Source of the DNA: an uncultured Aliarcobacter sp.
GTDB taxonomy: Bacteria; Campylobacterota; Campylobacteria; Campylobacterales; Arcobacteraceae
Reading direction: 5' to 3'
Assembly (NCBI GenBank): GCA_963664305.2
Contig: CAXXLV010000002.1
Coordinates: 1-64,000, forward strand
Length of the DNA stretch: 64,000 bases
Of the stretch, positions 20,390 through 29,608 are shown in pieces. Made by a program: the position numbers and the translations under genes. The first letter of the stretch is position 1. Each line of letters begins with the position of its first letter. The notes below the pieces were generated by a model that had not been told where the DNA came from, did no database searches, and was given only the letters and a program-made list of their open reading frames with translations.

Positions 20390-21241
20390 ATGAATTATAA
20401 AAAAATGTTCTTCCCTATTGGTGGTGGAGAAGAGTTAGAAGAGAGAATTTATGGAGCCTTGTTAGTTGCAAAATATTTTAAAATAAATTTAGAAATTTTA
20501 AAATGTGGACCTAAATATAATCCTAATATGTATAGAAATTTATCTATACCAGAAGATCTTTTTAAAAAAATTGATGAAGTTGTAGATAAAAAATATAAAG
20601 ATGAATCTTTAGAGTTTAATGAACTTTTTGAGAAAAAAGTTAAAGAAATTGATATTAAAATATCTCCAATCCCACTTGATAGTGAAGCAAGTGTTTATTT
20701 AAAAGATAATAAAAAAGGACTTAGAAGTAATATTATTGAACAAGAATCAAAGTTTTGTGATTTAGTAATAGCAGCAGCTCCTCCTTTAGGAGTTACAACA
20801 TCTACATTTGAAACAGCTGTATTAAAAAGTGGGAAATCAGTACTAATGATTCCAAGAATTATGAAAATATTCTCTACAAAATCAGTAATTATTGGATGGA
20901 ATAACTCTCCTGAAGCTTCAAGAGCATTAACTACTTCAATTGGTATTTTAAAAGAAGCACAAAGAGTACATATTGTTTCGTCAGAAGAGTATGTTGGGGG
21001 AACTAATATCATAAATGATTTATTAGATTATTTGAAATGTCATAAAATAGATGCTACTTATGAAATCGTTAAAACAACAAAAATTCCAGGTCAAGCACTT
21101 TTAAATGCAGCATTAGATGGTAATTTTGATTTAATAGTTGCAGGTGCTTATGGACATAGAGGTTTAAAAGAGATGATGTTTGGTGGAGCGACTAGATATC
21201 TTTTAGAAAAATCGACATTACCTATTTTTATGTCTCACTAA
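20390..21241 (+). CDS. Universal stress protein (tandem USP domains)
   Basis: IGWNNSPEASRAL and DLIVAGAYGHRGLKEMMFGGATRYLL...PIFMSH. Confidence 0.92.
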   Translation: MNYKKMFFPIGGGEELEERIYGALLVAKYFKINLEILKCGPKYNPNMYRNLSIPEDLFKKIDEVVDKKYKDESLEFNELFEKKVKEIDIKISPIPLDSEASVYLKDNKKGLRSNIIEQESKFCDLVIAAAPPLGVTTSTFETAVLKSGKSVLMIPRIMKIFSTKSVIIGWNNSPEASRALTTSIGILKEAQRVHIVSSEEYVGGTNIINDLLDYLKCHKIDATYEIVKTTKIPGQALLNAALDGNFDLIVAGAYGHRGLKEMMFGGATRYLLEKSTLPIFMSH

Positions 21242-21260
21242 ATTGTGATATACTTTAGCC

Positions 21261-21917
21261 ATGAAAATATTATTAATTGAAGATAATGAAACCTTAGCAA
21301 ATGGTATCTCTAGAAAATTAAAAGAAATAGGTTACCTTGTTGATATTTTTCATGATGGAGAAAATGGACTTTATTCTCTTGAAACAGCAATTTATGATTT
21401 ATTGATTTTAGATTTAGGATTACCTAATATTGATGGAATTGATATTATTAAAAAATTAAGAACATCTCAAAAAAATTTACCGATTTTGGTTATTTCTGCA
21501 AGAGATAAACTTGACCAAAGAATCTTAGGTCTTGATACAGGAGCAGATGATTATTTGTGTAAGCCTTTTGAACTAGATGAAGTAATAGCAAGGGTTCATG
21601 CCCTTTTGAGAAGAAGCAAAAACCAAGTTTCAAATATTATTAATTATAATGATTTATCATTTAATACTCAAACACTTATATTAACTAAAAATTCAGAATT
21701 GATAGAATTAAGTAAAAGAGAATTAAAAATATTTGAATTCTTATTACAAAATCAAAATGCAATAGTAAGTAAAGATAATATTGTTGACCATATTACAACA
21801 ATTGATGATGAATTTAACCCAACAGCTGTTGAAACATATATTTCAAGATTAAGAAAAAAACTTGGGGATTCAATAAATATAAAAACTGTGAGGGGCCTTG
21901 GCTATATGATGAACTAA
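21261..21917 (+). CDS. tctD: OmpR-family response regulator, TctD-like
   Basis: LLIEDN, LDLGLP, GADDYLCKPF, AVETYISRLRKKL and TVRGLGY motifs; tct context supports the symbol. Confidence 0.8.
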   Translation: MKILLIEDNETLANGISRKLKEIGYLVDIFHDGENGLYSLETAIYDLLILDLGLPNIDGIDIIKKLRTSQKNLPILVISARDKLDQRILGLDTGADDYLCKPFELDEVIARVHALLRRSKNQVSNIINYNDLSFNTQTLILTKNSELIELSKRELKIFEFLLQNQNAIVSKDNIVDHITTIDDEFNPTAVETYISRLRKKLGDSINIKTVRGLGYMMN

Positions 21918-21918
21918 T

Positions 21919-23289
21919 ATGAAAGAGATACCATCAATTCGTACTCAATTAACAAAGTGGTTAATATTTCCATTAGGTTTATTTACTTTAATACTTTTTA
22001 TATATTTAAATAATTTTTTGAAAAATAGAGTTAATGATTTTTTTGATAATCGTTTATATGCTTCTGCAAAAAGTATAGAAGATTATATTGGGGTTGAAAA
22101 TGGGAAATTAATAATTGATTTCCCTAATTTTTCTGTTGATTTTTTATCCCTTACTCAAAAAGGTCTGGTCTATTATTCTGTTGTAACTGAAAGTGGAGAA
22201 GTTTTAGTTGGACAAAAAGATTTATTTGAAAAAAAAATTCTTTTAAAAGAAGATAAAAGATTTTATTATAAGACCTATGATAATGAAAAGTTAAGAGTAA
22301 TCTCTTATAAAGTTTTTTTTATAGATTCAAACAAAAAATATTCTGCATATATAACCATTGCTGAAAGTATGGATGAAAGAAAAGAAAATATAAAAGAAGT
22401 TATAAATACTGTTCTAATGATTATTTTAATTGTTTCTTTGTTTACCATTATAATTACACTAATTGCAGTAAATAAGGGATTAGAACCACTTCAATTACTC
22501 AAAAATAAAATAAAACAAAGAGATTCAAGAGATTTAACTCCATTGAAATTTAATGCTCCAAAAGAAATTGAAGATGTTGTTAATAGTATTAATATCTTGC
22601 TTGAAAGAAGTAGAGATAATATTGAATATATAGAACAATTTAATTCAGATGTTTCTCACCAATTAAGAACACCTTTAGCTGAAATGAAAATGGAGTTAGA
22701 CCATTTTTTTGATAAAAAAGATGAAAAGTTTATTATTTTAAACTCTCATATTAATAATATGTCACATATTACAGAACAACTATTATTGTACGCAAAAACA
22801 AATCCAAATACAATAAATTTAGCTAGATTAAAAAAAGCAAATTTAAATGAAATTTGTAAAAATTATAGTATTAAAACAGCTCCTAGAGTTTATAAAAGAG
22901 GTTTTGAATTTGCATTTGAAGATATAGATGAACAAATATTTATAGAAACAGATACAATTATTTTAGAAAGTATGCTTGATAATATTATTAATAATGCGTT
23001 ACATTATGCTGTAGATAAAGATGGTAACCCAATGGGAACAATAACTTTATCCCTAAAAAGACACAATAATACAATCTGGTTAAATGTTAAAGATGAAGGA
23101 TATGGTGTAGAAAAAGAAAACTTAAAAAATATTTTTCAAAGATATTATAGAGTTGATTCTTCAAAAACTGGTTCAGGTTTAGGACTTAGTATTGTAAAAC
23201 AAATTGCTACATTACACAATGCAGAAGTTATTGCTTCAAATAATAATGGTTTAGAAATATCTATAATATTTAAATATCCAATGAAATAG
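21919..23289 (+). CDS. tctE: Sensor histidine kinase, TctE-like
   Basis: Two TMs, FDNRLYASA N-terminal segment, SHQLRTPL H-box, NIINNALHY, GSGLGLSIV. Confidence 0.8.
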   Translation: MKEIPSIRTQLTKWLIFPLGLFTLILFIYLNNFLKNRVNDFFDNRLYASAKSIEDYIGVENGKLIIDFPNFSVDFLSLTQKGLVYYSVVTESGEVLVGQKDLFEKKILLKEDKRFYYKTYDNEKLRVISYKVFFIDSNKKYSAYITIAESMDERKENIKEVINTVLMIILIVSLFTIIITLIAVNKGLEPLQLLKNKIKQRDSRDLTPLKFNAPKEIEDVVNSINILLERSRDNIEYIEQFNSDVSHQLRTPLAEMKMELDHFFDKKDEKFIILNSHINNMSHITEQLLLYAKTNPNTINLARLKKANLNEICKNYSIKTAPRVYKRGFEFAFEDIDEQIFIETDTIILESMLDNIINNALHYAVDKDGNPMGTITLSLKRHNNTIWLNVKDEGYGVEKENLKNIFQRYYRVDSSKTGSGLGLSIVKQIATLHNAEVIASNNNGLEISIIFKYPMK

Positions 23290-23291
23290 TT

Positions 23292-24254
23292 TTATTTATC
23301 AAATAAATAGTTATAAGTTTCAAATAAATTATAGGTATTAAGAAGAACTTCTTTTGATTTTTTATCTCCTATCCAAGTATAACCTATATTTTTTTCTTTT
23401 AATATTTTTTGATTATTTCTTTGTGCTAAAACTTTTTCAAGAGCTTTTTCTAATATTAAATATCTTTGTGGGAAATCTTCTTTAAATTTTTTTGAAACAG
23501 CAAAACCTCTCATTGGACCACTGATAATTGGTAAAATAATATTTGTATCTTTAATAGCTTCATTAAGTGTAGGAGCATCCCATCTTCTTGATCTCTTATC
23601 TGAAATTACAGCTAAAGGTTTAATCTCATTTCTATATTTTTCACTTCCTTGAGCTGCAATTACTAAAAGATCAACTTTTGATTCAAAAAGTGCAGTTCTT
23701 GCTAATTCTCCTCCTGCAAAAAAATTAAATTCAACTTTTTCAAATGGAATATTAAACTTTTCAAGTAAAAGTTTTATCATTAAATGACCACTTGATTTAT
23801 AAATAACTGCAATTTTAATTTTTTTTGGACTATTTTGTATTTCAGATAATAGTTCTTTTATTGAATTGATTTTTGAATCTTTGTTTACAGATATTAAATC
23901 GTAATCAAACCATTGAATATTTATGAAATGAAAGTCATCAAGAGTATATTTTGATTGTCCACTTAATACTGTATTTGCAAGATATGGAGAAAAAGCTGAA
24001 GCAAAAATAGTATAACCGTCACTTTCTTGAGCTAATACATAATTTGCAGCATCTAATGAGGCATTTGCTTTTATATTTATTACATTTATAGAAGTATTTA
24101 ACTCTTTTTCCAATAAAGTAGCCATATTTCTAGCCATTCTATCACTACTTCCACCTTTTCCTAAACCTACAACTAATGTTATAGGTTTAGAAGGGTAATT
24201 TTGGGCAAATAAAATTGTATTTAATAAAAAAAGAATACTTAATAATATTTTCAT
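23292..24254 (-). CDS. TctC/Bug-family periplasmic binding protein (second, divergent copy)
   Basis: Signal peptide; YPSKPITLVVGLGKGGSSDRMAR, DGYTIF and DAPTLNE motifs. Confidence 0.88.
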   Translation of the reverse strand: MKILLSILFLLNTILFAQNYPSKPITLVVGLGKGGSSDRMARNMATLLEKELNTSINVINIKANASLDAANYVLAQESDGYTIFASAFSPYLANTVLSGQSKYTLDDFHFINIQWFDYDLISVNKDSKINSIKELLSEIQNSPKKIKIAVIYKSSGHLMIKLLLEKFNIPFEKVEFNFFAGGELARTALFESKVDLLVIAAQGSEKYRNEIKPLAVISDKRSRRWDAPTLNEAIKDTNIILPIISGPMRGFAVSKKFKEDFPQRYLILEKALEKVLAQRNNQKILKEKNIGYTWIGDKKSKEVLLNTYNLFETYNYLFDK

Positions 24255-24276
24255 TTAAAACTCCATTTTTATTATA

Positions 24277-24309
24277 ACCTTAATATATAAAGCTGTCATT
24301 AACCTTGCA
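24277..24309 (-). promoter_or_regulatory. Regulon motif copy 2 with -10 (second tctC)
   Basis: Minus strand TGCAAG-GTTAA-TGACAG-ctttatatat-TAAGGT. Confidence 0.7.
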
Positions 24310-24310
24310 T

Positions 24311-25066
24311 TTATTTAAGCATCAGTAAAATAGATTCAATTACTAATTTACCTCCAAGAAAAATAATTACTATTTTTATGATTTTTTTAAATAATTCATC
24401 ATTACTTTTATCTAACAGTTTTTTACCAAAAAGTGTTCCAAAATATGAAAAAACAATTAGTATTAAAATCAAATTTATCCAAGGAGTATAATCAAATCCT
24501 AAACCACCAAAAATAATAGCTTTTCCTAAGTTCTGAAAAGAAATACACCAAGCTAAAGTTCCTACAATTATATGACGATTTGTCAAAAATGAGCTTAAAA
24601 ATATTCCTAAAAGTGGTCCCATTACTCCAACAAACATTGTTAAAAAACCTGTAATTGCACCAAAAATTATTATTTTAATATTTGAAATATTATCTATTTT
24701 AAAATTAGGAATTAAAGTTAAAATAATAATACCAAGCCCTAAAAATAGTTTTAAAAAATATTCAGGAAGTACAATCAAAAATTGTGTAGCAAAAAAGTAT
24801 CCAAAAAGTGTACCAAACATAAAAAGAAAAAAGAATTTTTTATAAAAGGAATTTCTAAACATTATTGCACGCAATATTCCAGAGCCTGCTTGAATTATTG
24901 CATGAATAGATAAAAGAGCTGTTACTGGGATGACTAAACTCATCGCCCCAATAACAACTAATCCTCCTCCTGTTCCAACAGATGTAGAAATTGCTGCACC
25001 TAAGAAACAAAAAAGGATTAATAAAAACAAATCAAAAAGTGTAATTGAATTTGGAAGCAGTTCCAT
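24311..25066 (-). CDS. TauE/SafE (TSUP) family membrane transporter
   Basis: About 8 TMs with duplicated GTGGG / GVMGP motifs. Confidence 0.8.
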   Translation of the reverse strand: MELLPNSITLFDLFLLILFCFLGAAISTSVGTGGGLVVIGAMSLVIPVTALLSIHAIIQAGSGILRAIMFRNSFYKKFFFLFMFGTLFGYFFATQFLIVLPEYFLKLFLGLGIIILTLIPNFKIDNISNIKIIIFGAITGFLTMFVGVMGPLLGIFLSSFLTNRHIIVGTLAWCISFQNLGKAIIFGGLGFDYTPWINLILILIVFSYFGTLFGKKLLDKSNDELFKKIIKIVIIFLGGKLVIESILLMLK

Positions 25067-25068
25067 TT

Positions 25069-26136
25069 TTATACATAAACCTCACCTTCAAATAAAAGTC
25101 TAGCTGTTCTTGTTGTCATTCCTTCTACTTTACTTACATCAAGACTTGGAAAATTAACTCCTACTTGTGTTGTTCCTGATGGATTTTCAATTTTAACTAT
25201 ATGATTACCTAAAGTTAACTCTTGTGGATTAATTTGATTTAATATTGTTCCTTTTATAAAAGAACCAACTGCAATACAAAAACCTGCTGATACAGCAATT
25301 GCAGGATGTGCAGTTGTTGGTGTAAAATATCTAATGTTCATATCTCCATCAAATTTAGGCTTGCTAACTGCTGCAATTTTTGGAATAACATTTCCTTTAC
25401 AAGAACCAAGACCCATAGCTTGCGAAGCTTCTTCTCTAATTTGTTCTAGTTTTTTAAATAACTCTTTATTTGAATCTAATACCTCTGGTGTTTCATAACC
25501 TGTAATTCCTACATCTTGGGCTCTTACAAAAACAACAGGCATACTAATATCTAAACAAGTTGCTTCAACTCCACAAAAAGTATCAATTACATTTTTTGTT
25601 GGTAAATATGAACCTGTTTTTCCACCAGTTATATTTTTAAAAAATAGTTTAATTGGAGCAGCCGTTCCAGGAACTCCTGCAATTTCCATATCACCTTTAT
25701 AAGTTATACATCTATTAGGTGTTTTAATTGTTTGAGCAATTGTAGCACCTGTATTTACATCATAGATATTTACGATAGTTTCATCTTCTTCAATATTTAC
25801 TAATCCTCGCTCAAGAGCAAAAACTCCAACAGCTGTTAATATATTTCCACAAGTTGGCTTATCATCAACAATTGGTTGGTCAACCATAACTTGGATAAAT
25901 TTATAATCAATATCTATCCCATCTCTTTTTGATGGAGAAATAATTGCAACTTTCGTTGTAACAGAAGTTGCTCCTCCAATACCATCAATTTGTCTTATAT
26001 CAGGAGAACCCATAATCTTTAATAAAAGATTATGTCTCTCTTGTGTATTACTTGGTAAATCTTTATCTAAAAAATAAGCACCTTTTGAAGTTCCCGCTCT
26101 ATACATCATACATTTTATTCTATTTAAATCATTCAT
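25069..26136 (-). CDS. PrpF-family isomerase (4-oxalomesaconate tautomerase / aconitate isomerase-like)
   Basis: MYRAGTSKGAYF, MGSPDIRQIDGIGGA..TTKVAII, CGNIL, GVPGTAAPI and RTARLLFEGEV motifs. Confidence 0.9.
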   Translation of the reverse strand: MNDLNRIKCMMYRAGTSKGAYFLDKDLPSNTQERHNLLLKIMGSPDIRQIDGIGGATSVTTKVAIISPSKRDGIDIDYKFIQVMVDQPIVDDKPTCGNILTAVGVFALERGLVNIEEDETIVNIYDVNTGATIAQTIKTPNRCITYKGDMEIAGVPGTAAPIKLFFKNITGGKTGSYLPTKNVIDTFCGVEATCLDISMPVVFVRAQDVGITGYETPEVLDSNKELFKKLEQIREEASQAMGLGSCKGNVIPKIAAVSKPKFDGDMNIRYFTPTTAHPAIAVSAGFCIAVGSFIKGTILNQINPQELTLGNHIVKIENPSGTTQVGVNFPSLDVSKVEGMTTRTARLLFEGEVYV

Positions 26137-26140
26137 TTTA

Positions 26141-28165
26141 TTAACCTTTTAATATTAAATCACCAATTAGTCCAGTAGGAAGTGTCAACGATAATAAGTG
26201 ACACATAAACCATAAAGAACCAATTGAAAGAGCTGCTATAATCGATGTTTTTAACCATGACGATTGTATTTTAATTCTAATAGTAGCTATAATCATAATT
26301 GTTACAGAAGGAATAAATCCTAAAATCCACGTACCAACTAAAAAAATAGGAAGAATTAAAAAGCTTTTCCATGTCTCTTTCCAATATGTTGTTACTTCAC
26401 CATTTTCAATAATACTCGCTCCTAAAACTTCTTTTTGTTTAGTTTTTGATACTAATTGAAATGCTAATAAAATTGAAAAAACAATCATTATTGAACTAAT
26501 AACTATTGGGAAAATTCCCCCTAAAAAATCATGTGGAATAGAATCAAATAAAGCATAAGCTGCAAATATAATTAATCCAATAACCATAAATAATTCACCA
26601 GAAAAGAATGAATAAGTGTAATTAGTTTTGTTTTCTTCTAAATCTTCTTCAGATAATTCACCATTTTTTATTCTATTTTCTTTTTCTAATTTCTCTTTTT
26701 TATCACTTCTTTTTTTGAAGTAAGCACTTAATCCAATTGAAGCAATCATAAATAGTATGATTCCAATTACACCTGGTCTATATAACATATCCCATGAATA
26801 GAATTGAACAGCTTGATAATAATAAGTTTCAATAGTACCAGCTAAAATAAATCCAATAAGAAGAGCTGGTCTTGGCCAATCAAAGTGTTTAAATAAAATA
26901 CCTAATGCACCAATCACTATTAATAAAATTAAATCTTCTAAACTTCTAGTTGCTTGAAGTGCAGCAAAAAAGATAATCATTAACATAATAGGAGCAACAT
27001 AACCATAAGGAATTTTTGTAATTTTTGCAATATGATTTGCTAATCCTAAACATACTAATGTACCAACAACGTTTGCAATAGCAAGTGACCAAATAATCGT
27101 ATAAGATATTCCTAAATTTGAGCCAACCATTGCAGGTCCTGGTTCAATTCCTAAGATAGTTAATCCACCTAAGAATACAGCCATAGAACCACTTCCAGGA
27201 ACTCCTAAAAGTAATGTAGGAATTAATCCTCCACCTTCTTTTGCATTATTCGCACATTCAGGTGCAATTACACCTCTAATATCACCTTTACCAAATTGAC
27301 TTTTATCTTTTGATGTTTGAACAACATGTCCGTATGCAATCCAGTCAACAACACTTCCACCAAGTCCTGGAATTGCTCCAATCATTGCTCCCATTGGTGC
27401 ACAACGAGCAATAATCCATTTTGCTGCCCAAGTATCTTTTACACCTTGAAACCAAGAACCACTTAATTTTCCATTAGTTGATATTTGTTGATTTTTAACT
27501 AATAAATCAATAATTTCAGGAATAGCATAAACACCAAGTCCTAAAATTACTAATTTAATTCCATCAAATAAATAGTAACTATCAAAAGTCATTCTCCATT
27601 CACCAGTTGCAGGTGCACTTCCAATACAACCTAATAGTAAACCTACAGAAGCTGCGATAAAACCTTTATATAAGCTTTTACCACTTAAAACTCCCACCAT
27701 ACTAAGACCAAAAATTCCTAATATAAATAGTTCTGCAGTACCTAATTTTAGGATGATGCCTCTTGCAAAAACAATAAAAAATGTCAAAATAATAGCACCT
27801 AATAATCCACCAATTAAAGATGAAGTAAAAGCAGCTGCTAAAGCCCTTGAAGCTTGCCCTTTTTGAGCTAATGGATAACCATCTAAAACTGTTGCTTGAG
27901 AAGCAGATGAACCTGGAATCCCCATAAGTACTGATGTAAAAGTATCAGATGTTGGAATAACAGCTACCATCCCAATTAACATAGCAAGAGCAGATGTTAC
28001 ATCCATTCCATAAATAAAAGGTATCATTATAGAAAAACCTACAATTCCACCAAGTCCGGGAAGAATCCCAACAATAATTCCTAAAATCACCCCACCAAAT
28101 AAATAAAGCATATGTTGAACTGACATAAGTTCATTAAAGGCACTAAATAACGCATCTATAGCCAT
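26141..28165 (-). CDS. tctA: Tripartite tricarboxylate transporter permease TctA with a fused C-terminal TctB-like domain
   Basis: GILPGLGG, GIPGS..S.ATVLDGYPLAQKG and GVIAPECANNA motifs; 674 aa, with a charged linker then about 4 extra TMs ending LPTG. Confidence 0.88.
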   Translation of the reverse strand: MAIDALFSAFNELMSVQHMLYLFGGVILGIIVGILPGLGGIVGFSIMIPFIYGMDVTSALAMLIGMVAVIPTSDTFTSVLMGIPGSSASQATVLDGYPLAQKGQASRALAAAFTSSLIGGLLGAIILTFFIVFARGIILKLGTAELFILGIFGLSMVGVLSGKSLYKGFIAASVGLLLGCIGSAPATGEWRMTFDSYYLFDGIKLVILGLGVYAIPEIIDLLVKNQQISTNGKLSGSWFQGVKDTWAAKWIIARCAPMGAMIGAIPGLGGSVVDWIAYGHVVQTSKDKSQFGKGDIRGVIAPECANNAKEGGGLIPTLLLGVPGSGSMAVFLGGLTILGIEPGPAMVGSNLGISYTIIWSLAIANVVGTLVCLGLANHIAKITKIPYGYVAPIMLMIIFFAALQATRSLEDLILLIVIGALGILFKHFDWPRPALLIGFILAGTIETYYYQAVQFYSWDMLYRPGVIGIILFMIASIGLSAYFKKRSDKKEKLEKENRIKNGELSEEDLEENKTNYTYSFFSGELFMVIGLIIFAAYALFDSIPHDFLGGIFPIVISSIMIVFSILLAFQLVSKTKQKEVLGASIIENGEVTTYWKETWKSFLILPIFLVGTWILGFIPSVTIMIIATIRIKIQSSWLKTSIIAALSIGSLWFMCHLLSLTLPTGLIGDLILKG

Positions 28166-28208
28166 AAAATCTCCTTTAAAGTAAATTCTTACTTTGAATT
28201 CTGAATGA

Positions 28209-28241
28209 AGATTAACATTTTTAGCTGTCTTGAAACTTGCA
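28209..28241 (-). promoter_or_regulatory. Regulon motif copy 3 with -10 (tctAB-prpF-tauE)
   Basis: Minus strand TGCAAG-TTTCA-AGACAG-ctaaaaaTGt-TAATCT. Confidence 0.8.
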
Positions 28242-28291
28242 ATTATTGTTTTTATATTTGATGAATTAAGGGGAAATTTTTGTATAAAAAG

Positions 28292-28325
28292 AAAAAGTCA
28301 TTTTCTAAAAGAAAATGACTTTTTT
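28292..28325 (-). terminator. Intrinsic terminator after tctC
   Basis: aaaaagtcattttct-aaa-agaaaatgacttttt. Confidence 0.75.
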
Positions 28326-28347
28326 AAGTATATATTTTTGATTAGAA

Positions 28348-29427
28348 TTAGAATTTAACTTTATAATTTTCCATTAGCCAATTAGTAATCCATTCTTTAT
28401 CTTTTTTATCAACAGTTGTTGCAGTATCTTTTAATTTATTTGCATTTTCTCCAATAGTTTGTTCATATATTCCTAAATGTAAATCACTTTTTTCTTTAAA
28501 GTCAGGAGCTGTTACAACTTTTTTAAGTGCATTTGTATAAGTTTCAAGTACATCAGGAGATACATCTTTTGGTAATACTAACATTTTTTGAGAAGGGAAA
28601 CTTGCTGTAAATAATGCTTTCCATGCTTTAAAAGATGTATCATTAAGAGATTTTCCACTTGTTTTTTCATATACTTCAGCAAATGTTGGTAATTCAGGGA
28701 AACTAGGATCTCTTTGAATATTTCCTTTATCATCTAATATACCCCATGAAAATAAAGGTACAGATTTTTCTTCAGTCATTGCAGGTAAAACTTCTTTTAA
28801 ATATGCAGAACTAGTTTGAAAATCAATATTTGTTTCACCTCTTAAAAAGGCTAATCTACCTTCTTTTCTTCCTTTCATTCCAAATACTGGTTGAACATTT
28901 AAGTCAAGTATTTTAAAAGCTAATAAAGGAATTAAATCCATTGATGTAGGACCTTGACTTCCAAATTTCAATTCAGCATTTTTTAGCTTATCAAAATCAT
29001 TTATATCTTTTATACCTAAAGAAGATGATACATAAACTACTCCACCTGTAGGAGAAGATAGTACAGCATACCAATCTTTAAAATCATATTTAATTCTATC
29101 ATCACCTAAAACAAAAGGTATTTGTGTTGATGCTGATGATGCAAAAATTGTTAAACCATCTTTCGTAGCTTTTTCTGCAAAATAGTTTGCACCTTTAGTT
29201 GATCCTCCACCTGGCATATTTTTTATAATAATATTAGGTTTTCCTGGAAGTGCTTGAGATAATAATGGTGCATAAAATCTTCCCCATTGGTCAGTTCCAC
29301 CACCAGCATTGTATGGCATAATCCATTCAATTGTTTTACCTTCAAAATTTACTTCTTTTGCATTTAGTGTATTTACTAACATTCCTAATGCCAAACCTGA
29401 AGTCACAAGTGTTTTAATCATTTTCAT
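28348..29427 (-). CDS. tctC: TctC/Bug-family periplasmic binding protein
   Basis: Signal peptide; PYNAGGGTD, NMPGGGS..GAN, RLAFLRGE and PELPTF motifs; lies upstream of tctA. Confidence 0.88.
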   Translation of the reverse strand: MKMIKTLVTSGLALGMLVNTLNAKEVNFEGKTIEWIMPYNAGGGTDQWGRFYAPLLSQALPGKPNIIIKNMPGGGSTKGANYFAEKATKDGLTIFASSASTQIPFVLGDDRIKYDFKDWYAVLSSPTGGVVYVSSSLGIKDINDFDKLKNAELKFGSQGPTSMDLIPLLAFKILDLNVQPVFGMKGRKEGRLAFLRGETNIDFQTSSAYLKEVLPAMTEEKSVPLFSWGILDDKGNIQRDPSFPELPTFAEVYEKTSGKSLNDTSFKAWKALFTASFPSQKMLVLPKDVSPDVLETYTNALKKVVTAPDFKEKSDLHLGIYEQTIGENANKLKDTATTVDKKDKEWITNWLMENYKVKF

Positions 29428-29474
29428 CTTAAATCCTTTTTTTAAGTTTTATTATCTAAGAAAGATATGAGGGA

Positions 29475-29507
29475 AGATTAACATTGAATTCTTTCATGAA
29501 ACTTGCA
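29475..29507 (-). promoter_or_regulatory. Regulon motif copy 4 with -10 (tctC)
   Basis: Minus strand TGCAAG-TTTCA-TGAAAG-aattcaaTGt-TAATCT. Confidence 0.8.
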
Positions 29508-29550
29508 TAATATTTAATTTTTTTATTATCAAGAGTTATCAAAAAATCTT

Positions 29551-29583
29551 TGCAAGTTTCTTGACAGTAATAGAAGTTATATT
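29551..29583 (+). promoter_or_regulatory. Regulon motif copy 5 with -10 (MCP)
   Basis: TGCAAG-TTTCT-TGACAG-taatagaagt-TATATT. Confidence 0.8.
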
Positions 29584-29608
29584 AATAGAAAATGAAAAAA
29601 GGATTTTT

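Noticed and set aside
29561..29608. TTG start for the MCP
   Set aside because: It overlaps the promoter motif and -10; ATG 29609 has an AAGGA RBS
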